This document shows, one piece after another, positions 57,017-64,000 of a stretch of 64,000 bases of DNA (positions are counted from its first letter, which is position 1; each line of letters opens with the position of its first letter). The notes under the pieces were generated by a model. That model worked only from the letters and a program-made list of their open reading frames with translations. It did no database searches and was not told where the DNA came from. This DNA comes from an uncultured bacterium (GTDB taxonomy: Bacteria > Abyssobacteria > SURF-5): contig CAZSKP010000021.1 of assembly GCA_964607485.1 (NCBI GenBank), forward strand, positions 1 through 64,000. Direction: 5' to 3'. The translations under genes were made by a program, and so were the position numbers.

Positions 57017-58396
57017 ATGGCGAAAAAAGAAGAGAGGCCTTTTGTCTGCGTCATACTCGCGGCCGGACAAGGCACCCGCATGAAATCGGAAACGCCGAAG
57101 GTGCTGCACAAGCTTTGCGGCAGGCCGATGGTGGACTATATCGTGCGGACGGTTCGCAAGCTGGAACCCGAGCAGATATATCTCGTCGTCGGATTCGAGG
57201 AGAAACTCGTGCGCCAATTTTTCGGCGACGGCGTTCGCTACGTCACTCAGAGCGAACAGCTCGGGACAGGACACGCGGTGCTGCAGGCCCACCGGGAGCT
57301 CTCCGGCTACGAGGGCGACGTGCTCGTCCTGTACGGCGACGTGCCGCTCGTTAAGGAGGAAACCCTGCGCGCGCTGCTCGAAAAGCACAGGAAAGCCCGT
57401 GCCTCCGCCACCCTTGTGACGACGCGGGTCTCCGACCCGACCGGCTTCGGCCGCATTGTGCGCAACCGTTCGGGCAAGATCGCCAAGATCGTCGAGGAAA
57501 AAGACGTCACGCCGGCTCAGAGGCGCATACGAAAAATCAATCCAGGCATCTACTGCTTCAGGGCTTCATCGCTGTTGGAAGCCCTCGCGAAGGTCGGCAG
57601 AGCGAACAAGCAGCAGGAGTATTACCTGACCGACGTGATAGAGATACTGGCCAAGCGGCGGAGGAAGGTCGAGACGATTACGACCGACGACGAGATCGAA
57701 ATCATGCAGATCAACACCCGCAGGCAGCTCGCGCGACTGAACAGGATCATGCACCAGCGGGTGCTGGATCGGTTGATGGACGAGGGAGTCACGATAATCG
57801 ACCCGCAGACCACCTTCGTGTCCGAGACAGTGAGGGTCGGGCGCGATGTGATTATCTATCCCTTCACCTACATCGAGGGATACACTCGTATAGGCGAGGG
57901 CAGCGTCATCGGCCCGCAGACGTACATCACCGACAGCGAGATCGGCCCGGGCGTCGTCATCGTCATGTCCTATCTGTCCTCGTGCGTCGTCCGCGACAAC
58001 AGCCGCATCGGCCCGTACTCGCACCTGAGACCCGAGGCGCTCATCGGCGAGAACGTCCACATAGGCAACTTCGTCGAGGTGAAAAAATCGCTCATCGACG
58101 ACGACTCGAAGGCGAACCATCTGACCTACATCGGCGACGCAAAGATCGGCAGGGGCGTAAACATCGGCGCCGGCACCATAACCGCCAACTACGACGGCGT
58201 GAGGAAAAGCGAAACCGTCATAGAGGACGGCGCCTCAATCGGAAGCGGCACCGTGCTGATTGCTCCCGTTCGCGTCGGAAAACGAGCGGTGACGGGCGCG
58301 GGCGCCATCGTTCCGAAGCGGCACGACATCCCGGCATACGCCGTGTTCGTGGGTATGCCGGCGCGTGAAATAAAAAAGGAAGAGGGGAAGGCCTAG
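57017..58396 (+). CDS. glmU: bifunctional UDP-GlcNAc pyrophosphorylase/GlcN-1-P acetyltransferase
   Basis: LAAGQGTRMKS..PKVLH, QLGTGHA, YGDVP, EYYLTD, GNFVEVK, hexapeptide repeats. Confidence 0.97.
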   Translation: MAKKEERPFVCVILAAGQGTRMKSETPKVLHKLCGRPMVDYIVRTVRKLEPEQIYLVVGFEEKLVRQFFGDGVRYVTQSEQLGTGHAVLQAHRELSGYEGDVLVLYGDVPLVKEETLRALLEKHRKARASATLVTTRVSDPTGFGRIVRNRSGKIAKIVEEKDVTPAQRRIRKINPGIYCFRASSLLEALAKVGRANKQQEYYLTDVIEILAKRRRKVETITTDDEIEIMQINTRRQLARLNRIMHQRVLDRLMDEGVTIIDPQTTFVSETVRVGRDVIIYPFTYIEGYTRIGEGSVIGPQTYITDSEIGPGVVIVMSYLSSCVVRDNSRIGPYSHLRPEALIGENVHIGNFVEVKKSLIDDDSKANHLTYIGDAKIGRGVNIGAGTITANYDGVRKSETVIEDGASIGSGTVLIAPVRVGKRAVTGAGAIVPKRHDIPAYAVFVGMPAREIKKEEGKA

Positions 58397-58425
58397 AGCC
58401 TTCGCCCGCAAAAGGAGAAGACCAA

Positions 58426-59157
58426 ATGGAAATGGTTGAACTGAAGGCGAACGTTCGACCTCAAACGGGCAAGAAGGGCGCGAGAGAATGCAGAAAGAAG
58501 GGCCTGCTGCCCGGGATACTCTACGGTAAGAGCGACCCGACGACCCCCGTGACGGTGAACCCGAAGGAGCTCGACCGCGTCCTCCACACACACGCGGGCG
58601 GCAACGTCATCATAAAGCTGTCCGTCGAGGAGCGGGGCGGCGAGCCTGTGACCGTCGTGGTCAAGGAACTGCAGGTGGACCAAATCCGCGGAACGATGAG
58701 CCACGTCGATTTCTGTCATATATCGCTCGACGAGATGATACGCACCGAGGTGCCGTTCAGGGTCGTCGGAGAAGCGCCCGGAGTCAAGATGGGAGGCATC
58801 CTGGAGCACATCCTCTGGGAGCTCGAAATCGAGAGCCTGCCGCTGGATATTCCCGACTACATCGAGGTGGACGTGAGCGAACTGAATATCGGCGATTCCA
58901 TCGCTGTCTCCGCCCTCAAGGTGCCCGAAAGCGTCACCGTATTGACCGACTGGGATACGACAGTCGTCGCGGTCGCCGCGCCACGGGTCGAGGAAGTGGT
59001 CGAAGCCGCTCCGGAGGCCGAGGAGGTTGAAGGCGCCGAACCGGAGGTCGTGGGCGCTAAGGCCGAAAAGGAGGCCGAGGGCGCCGAGGGGAAAGAAAAA
59101 GCTGAGTCAGCCGAAGAGAAGAAAAAGCCGGCGGAGAAACGGAAATCTAAAGAGTGA
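58426..59157 (+). CDS. rplY: 50S ribosomal protein L25/Ctc
   Basis: PGILYG, KELQ, HVDF, GVKMGG; acidic tail. Confidence 0.95.
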   Translation: MEMVELKANVRPQTGKKGARECRKKGLLPGILYGKSDPTTPVTVNPKELDRVLHTHAGGNVIIKLSVEERGGEPVTVVVKELQVDQIRGTMSHVDFCHISLDEMIRTEVPFRVVGEAPGVKMGGILEHILWELEIESLPLDIPDYIEVDVSELNIGDSIAVSALKVPESVTVLTDWDTTVVAVAAPRVEEVVEAAPEAEEVEGAEPEVVGAKAEKEAEGAEGKEKAESAEEKKKPAEKRKSKE

Positions 59158-59711
59158 AGGTCGTCGTCGGACTTGGGAATCCGGGACGAGAGTACGCGCT
59201 CACGCGCCACAACCTCGGCTTTATGGTGGTGGACAGATTCGCTGCGGCCCACCGTCTCTCATTCTCACGGCAGAAGTTCAAGTCGAAAATAGCCACCGGC
59301 ACGGTCGAAGGCGAAGACGTCGTTCTGGTGAAGCCTCGGACGTTCATGAACCTAAGCGGCGATGCAGTCGGGCCGCTTGTTCGTTTTTACAAACGGCCTC
59401 TGTCGGAGCTGCTGGTGGTATATGACGACATCGACATCCCTTTCGGGAACGTCCGGCTCAGGCCATCGGGAAGCTCGGGCGGTCACAAGGGGATGAAGTC
59501 GATAATAACGAATCTCGGCAGCGACGAGTTTCCCCGGCTGCGGGTCGGCATTCGCGGAGATGTTCCGGCGGGCGACCTGAGCGACTATGTGCTCGACCGA
59601 TTTACGGCCGAGGAGAAGGCTGAGCTCGAGGGAATCATTCAGAGGGCCTGCGACGCCGTCGAGGCGGTGATAAGCGGCCCCTTTGAAAAAGCAATGAGTC
59701 GGTTCAACTGA
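59154..59711 (+). CDS. pth: peptidyl-tRNA hydrolase
   Basis: VGLGNPG..Y..TRHN, FMNLSG, DDID, GGHKG. Confidence 0.97.
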   Translation: MKVVVGLGNPGREYALTRHNLGFMVVDRFAAAHRLSFSRQKFKSKIATGTVEGEDVVLVKPRTFMNLSGDAVGPLVRFYKRPLSELLVVYDDIDIPFGNVRLRPSGSSGGHKGMKSIITNLGSDEFPRLRVGIRGDVPAGDLSDYVLDRFTAEEKAELEGIIQRACDAVEAVISGPFEKAMSRFN

Positions 59712-59721
59712 GGTGGAAAAA

Positions 59722-61413
59722 ATGAAAAAAGCCGCGAGAAGGAAAGGTAACGAGAGAAGTCGGGAGATGGTGGAAGGAGTGGCGAAAGGACCCCACCGGT
59801 CTCTGTTCAAGGCCATGGGCCTCACCGACAAGGAACTGTCTGCGCCACTCGTGGGTATCGCGTGCTCATACAACGAGATAATACCCGGACACATCCACCT
59901 CGACAAGATAGCGCAGGCGGTCAAAGACGGCGTGCGCATGGCGGGGGCCACGCCCATCATGTTCGGAACGATAGGAGTGTGCGACGGCATCGCCATGAAC
60001 CACGAGGGCATGAAATACTCTCTCGGAAGCCGCGAGCTGGTGGCCGACTCGGTCGAGATAATGGCGCGCGCCCATCCGTTCGACGGGCTGGTGCTCGTGC
60101 CCAACTGCGACAAGATAGTCCCCGGCATGGTGATGGCCGCAGCCAGGCTGAACATCCCCGCCGTTATCTGCAGCGGCGGCCCGATGCTGGCCGGCAGGCT
60201 CGACGGAAATGCGATCGACGTCAACACGATGTTCGCAGGCATCCCGAAAGCCTCGAGCGGCGAAATAAGCGAGATGGTCTGGAAGGAGATGGAAGACTGC
60301 GCCTGTCCGGGCGCGGGCTCTTGCGCGGGCATGTTCACGGCCAACACAATGAACTGCCTGTGCGAGGGGCTCGGCATCGCGCTGCCGGGCAACGGGACGA
60401 TACCGGCCGTGTTCGCCGAACGCTACCGGCTGGCGAAGGAAGCCGGCATGGCGGTCGTGAACCTCATAAAAAGGGGCATTCGTCCGCGCGACATCATGTC
60501 GAAGAAGGCCGTAGGAAACGCGATCGCGCTCGACATGGCCTTCGGAGGTTCGTCGAACTCGGCGCTCCACCTGCCGGCAATCGCGCATGAGCTCGGCATC
60601 GTCCTGCCGCTTCGAGAATTCAACAGGGTATCCGAGCGGACGCCTCACATATGCAACATGGCTCCCGGCGGGCCGCATCACCTCGAAGACTTGTACTACG
60701 CCGGCGGAGTGCAGGCGATACTCAAGACACTGCTCGGCGGACGGCTGGTAGATGGCAGCGCGGTGACGGTCACCGCCAAGAGCCTCGCAGCGTCCGTGCG
60801 AACGGCGGGCGTCAAGGACGCCAATGTCATCAGGCCGCTGAGCGACCCCTATCACAAGACGGGCGGGCTGGCGGTACTTTTCGGAAACCTCGCGCCCGAG
60901 GGAGCAATCGTGAAGCAGTCGGCGGTCGCGCCTGAGATGCTCAAGCACAGCGGGCCGGCTCGCATATTCGAGAGCGAACACGACGCGGCGGAAGCCATTA
61001 TCGCCAGAAAGATTCGGGCGGGCGAGGTGCTCGTGATACGCTACGAGGGCCCGAAGGGAGGCCCCGGCATGCAGGAAATGCTCACGCCGACCGCCGCAAT
61101 AAAAGGAATAGGAATGGATAAGGACGTCGCCCTGATAACGGACGGCCGCTTCTCTGGCGCGACGACCGGAGCTTCGATCGGACACGTCTCGCCCGAGGCC
61201 ATGGCGGGCGGACCCATCGCCGCGCTTCGCAACGGTGATACCATTCAGATAGACATTCCGGCAAAGAAGCTTAACGTCCGGCTCACGAAAGCCGAGATAA
61301 AGAAGCGTTTGAAGGCTTGGCGACCGCCGAAGCCGAAGATATCCACCGGATACCTGGGCCGCTATGCAAGGCTGGTGACGTCGGGCGGCACGGGTGCGGT
61401 TTTCGAGGACTGA
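59722..61413 (+). CDS. ilvD: dihydroxy-acid dehydratase
   Basis: [37 protein letters not shown]. Confidence 0.97.
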   Translation: MKKAARRKGNERSREMVEGVAKGPHRSLFKAMGLTDKELSAPLVGIACSYNEIIPGHIHLDKIAQAVKDGVRMAGATPIMFGTIGVCDGIAMNHEGMKYSLGSRELVADSVEIMARAHPFDGLVLVPNCDKIVPGMVMAAARLNIPAVICSGGPMLAGRLDGNAIDVNTMFAGIPKASSGEISEMVWKEMEDCACPGAGSCAGMFTANTMNCLCEGLGIALPGNGTIPAVFAERYRLAKEAGMAVVNLIKRGIRPRDIMSKKAVGNAIALDMAFGGSSNSALHLPAIAHELGIVLPLREFNRVSERTPHICNMAPGGPHHLEDLYYAGGVQAILKTLLGGRLVDGSAVTVTAKSLAASVRTAGVKDANVIRPLSDPYHKTGGLAVLFGNLAPEGAIVKQSAVAPEMLKHSGPARIFESEHDAAEAIIARKIRAGEVLVIRYEGPKGGPGMQEMLTPTAAIKGIGMDKDVALITDGRFSGATTGASIGHVSPEAMAGGPIAALRNGDTIQIDIPAKKLNVRLTKAEIKKRLKAWRPPKPKISTGYLGRYARLVTSGGTGAVFED

Positions 61414-61440
61414 TAGAGGAAAGGTACGGGTTTGGTTCGT

Positions 61441-63117
61441 ATGTCAACTATGTCGGGTGCGCAGATATTCGTTGAATCGCTCTTGAAGGAAAAGGTCGAT
61501 GTCATTTTCGGGATACCCGGAGGAGTGGTGATTCCCGTGTTCGACGCGCTGTTCGACGCGCCGATAAGAATGATTCTCACGCGTCATGAGCAGGGCGCCG
61601 CGCACGCGGCCGACGGCTACGCGCGCGCGACGGGCAGGGTAGGGGTGTGCCTCGTCACATCCGGGCCGGGCGCATGCAACACCGTCACGGGCCTGGCCAC
61701 GGCCAACATGGACTCCGTCCCGATAGTTGTCATCACCGGCCAGGTGCCTACTCCCATGATCGGCAACGACGCGTTCCAGGAGGCCGACATCGTCGGAATC
61801 ACCCGGCCCGTCACGAAGCACAACTTCCTGTTGCGAGACACGAAAGACATCGCGAGAGTGATGAAGGAGGCGTTCCACATCGCGTCCACGGGCAGACCCG
61901 GCCCCGTGCTCATAGACCTGCCGAAGGATGTCGCAACCGGCGAGGCCGAGTTTCACTATCCTTCGAACGCCGCCATCAGAGGATACAGGCCGGTCGTCGA
62001 GGGCAACATGAAGCAGATAAAGCGCGCCGCCGAGTTGATAAATTCGTCCCGCAGGGCCGTCATCTATGCGGGCGGCGGCGTGATATTGTCGAATGCGGCG
62101 GCGGAACTCGCGCAGCTCGCTCATAAGACGAAGATACCCGTGACCACAAGCATGCTCGGGTTGGGCGGCTTTCCCGCCGACGACGAGCTGTTTCTCGGCA
62201 TGCCCGGGATGCACGGCACGCGTTACGCCAACTACGCGCTTTCCGAGTGCGACCTCATCGTCGCCGTCGGAACGCGTTTTGACGACCGAGTCACGGGGAA
62301 TATCAAGGAGTTTGCGGTTCACGCGCAGGTGATCCACATCGACATCGACCCGACGGCCATAAGCAAGAGCGTGCGGGTGCATGTGCCCATCGTCGGGGAC
62401 GCCGGCAGAGTTCTTGCCAAGCTGGTTCCTCTGGTCAAGCGGGTGAACAACAAGGAGTGGCTGAAACAGATCGACGAGTGGAAGAAGAAATATCCGCTCG
62501 TGTATAAAGACACCGGCTCGGAAATCAAGCCCCAGTATGTCGTCCAGCAGATTTGCGAGGCCACCCGGGGCAAGGCGATCATAACTACCGAGGTCGGCCA
62601 GAATCAGATGTGGGCGGCGCAATATTATAAGTTCAACTCGCCCCGCACGTTTCTCTCGTCGGGAGGGCTGGGCACGATGGGGTACGGCCTGCCCGCCGCC
62701 ATCGGAGCGCAGATAGGTTGTCCCGACAAGGTCGTGTTCGACATAGCGGGCGACGGCAGCATACAGATGAACATCCAGGAGCTGGCGACGGCGGTCCACA
62801 ACAAGCTGCCCATCAACGTCGCCATACTCAACAACCATTTCCTGGGCATGGTCAGGCAGTGGCAGGAGTTGTTCCACAACCGGCGATATTCCTCCACATG
62901 CCTCATCGACAATCCCGATTTTGTGAAACTCGCCGAGGCGTACGGAGCGAAGGGCGTTAGGGTCACCAAGAAGAAAGACGTGCGGCCGGCCATCGAGGAA
63001 GCGGTGAAGACGCCCGGGCCGGTCATCCTCGACTTTGAAGTGACGCGCGAAGAGAACGTGTATCCGATGGTTCCAGTCGGCGCGGGCATTCATGAGATGA
63101 TCGGGGGGCTTGCATGA
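61441..63117 (+). CDS. ilvB: acetolactate synthase large subunit
   Basis: RHEQGA, TSGPG, FQE, GMHG, GDGS..MN TPP motif, GMVRQWQ. Confidence 0.97.
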   Translation: MSTMSGAQIFVESLLKEKVDVIFGIPGGVVIPVFDALFDAPIRMILTRHEQGAAHAADGYARATGRVGVCLVTSGPGACNTVTGLATANMDSVPIVVITGQVPTPMIGNDAFQEADIVGITRPVTKHNFLLRDTKDIARVMKEAFHIASTGRPGPVLIDLPKDVATGEAEFHYPSNAAIRGYRPVVEGNMKQIKRAAELINSSRRAVIYAGGGVILSNAAAELAQLAHKTKIPVTTSMLGLGGFPADDELFLGMPGMHGTRYANYALSECDLIVAVGTRFDDRVTGNIKEFAVHAQVIHIDIDPTAISKSVRVHVPIVGDAGRVLAKLVPLVKRVNNKEWLKQIDEWKKKYPLVYKDTGSEIKPQYVVQQICEATRGKAIITTEVGQNQMWAAQYYKFNSPRTFLSSGGLGTMGYGLPAAIGAQIGCPDKVVFDIAGDGSIQMNIQELATAVHNKLPINVAILNNHFLGMVRQWQELFHNRRYSSTCLIDNPDFVKLAEAYGAKGVRVTKKKDVRPAIEEAVKTPGPVILDFEVTREENVYPMVPVGAGIHEMIGGLA

Positions 63118-63620
63118 AACACACAATCTCGGTTCTGGTGGAAAACCAGTTCGGCGTGCTGGCACGCATCTCGGGCCTGTTCAGCGGACGCGGCTTCAAT
63201 ATCGACAGCCTGTCGGTCGGCGAGACCGAAGACCCGACGGTCTCCCGCATCACGCTCGTCGTCAAGGGCGACGACGTGATAATCGAGCAAATCATGAAAC
63301 AGCTCAACAAGCTTGTGGACGTGATAAAGGTCAACGACCTGACCGAAGACGAATTCATCGACAGGGAGCTCGCGCTCATCAAGGTCCGTTCCGACGGCAA
63401 GACTCGGTCCGAGATCATGCAGGTCGTCGATATATTCAGGGGCAAGATAGTGGACGTGGCGCCTCAGTCGCTCACCGTCGAGGTGACCGGCACGGAGGAT
63501 AAGGTTCAGGGAATGATGGACCTGCTGCGCGAGTTCGGCATAAGGGAAGTCGTGCGGAGCGGCAAGATAGCCATCTCTCGCGACAAGAAGACAATACCGC
63601 GCGGACGAAAACAGGGCTGA
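63114..63620 (+). CDS. ilvN: acetolactate synthase small subunit
   Basis: ACT domain VEN.FGVLARISGLFSGRGFNIDSL. Confidence 0.97.
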   Translation: MKHTISVLVENQFGVLARISGLFSGRGFNIDSLSVGETEDPTVSRITLVVKGDDVIIEQIMKQLNKLVDVIKVNDLTEDEFIDRELALIKVRSDGKTRSEIMQVVDIFRGKIVDVAPQSLTVEVTGTEDKVQGMMDLLREFGIREVVRSGKIAISRDKKTIPRGRKQG

Positions 63621-63748
63621 AAGAAGCCGGATTCGTGGCCTGTCCGCCGACCCGGTTGGCAAACCGGCCAAACAAATGATAGAATAGCTTGAACAGGGGA
63701 AGCTGACCTGGCGGATACAACGATGCCTTATCATATAAAAGAAAGTCT

Positions 63749-64000
63749 ATGCCTTCGACAATTGCCGAGAAAATACTGGCGAAGCATGCCGGTGTGGAGG
63801 AAGTTTCACCCGGCGAACTGATCAACGCCGCAGTTGATTTCGCGCTGGGAAACGACATTACTGCTCCGATTGCAATTGAAGCGTTCGAACAAATAAACGC
63901 CCCCAAGGTCTTCGACCCCTCCCGAATCGCCCTCATCGCCGACCACTTCGTTCCCAACAAAGACATCCAGACGGCCGAGCAAGTGAAACGAATGCGCACG
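63749..64000 (+). CDS. leuC: 3-isopropylmalate dehydratase large subunit (partial, runs off window)
   Basis: Manual translation MPSTIAEKILAKHAG...GNDITAPIAI...DHFVPNKD. Confidence 0.88.
   Translation, partial: MPSTIAEKILAKHAGVEEVSPGELINAAVDFALGNDITAPIAIEAFEQINAPKVFDPSRIALIADHFVPNKDIQTAEQVKRMRT

Noticed and set aside
59866-63165. Long antisense ORFs opposite ilvD and ilvB (similar ones oppose mutS, pcrA and the flavoprotein)
   Set aside because: Shadow ORFs expected from high-GC codon bias; no motifs.
63625-63745. GGCAAACC hairpin before leuC as a c-di-GMP riboswitch or leucine attenuator
   Set aside because: Lacks the second GEMM stem and tetraloop receptor; no Leu-rich leader peptide or T-box seen.
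1-64000. CRISPR array, prophage or IS element
   Set aside because: No regularly spaced direct repeats and no cas, phage or transposase genes were seen by eye.

Overview
A gene-dense, GC-rich bacterial chromosomal segment, probably from an anaerobe; the lineage cannot be fixed from sequence alone. I saw no prophage, integrase, transposase or CRISPR array. Housekeeping content: cysK, rplM-rpsI, mutS, miaB, hisB-hisH, pcrA/uvrD, pheA, tRNA-Gln-glmU-rplY-pth, ilvD-ilvB-ilvN and a truncated leuC. Features absent from the ORF track that I read directly: a 6S-like RNA (~45305-45488), tRNA-Gln(UUG), two small ORFs (1272-1379, 7165-7338), several palindromic REP-like elements, a duplicated TetR operator and a sigma54-type promoter. 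Most interesting loci: (1) a nine-gene PadR-led operon combining CoxD/CoxE-like chaperones, an acyl-CoA dehydrogenase, HypB/HypA, an Fe-S protein and a non-canonical SdhA/SdhB-like pair, with no hydrogenase or molybdoenzyme client in the window; (2) an exported c-type cytochrome fused to a large unknown domain, flanked by TlpA and DUF1858; (3) a sensor kinase with Asp in place of the phospho-His, near a degenerate Ser/Thr kinase; (4) a MerR-HTH-FlhG/MinD fusion plus ExeA-like ATPase; (5) a lipoprotein-type AmmeMemo B-A fusion coupled to a Mut7-C nuclease and a phosphatase; (6) a CYTH-patatin pair. All family calls are by motif recognition, not database searches.
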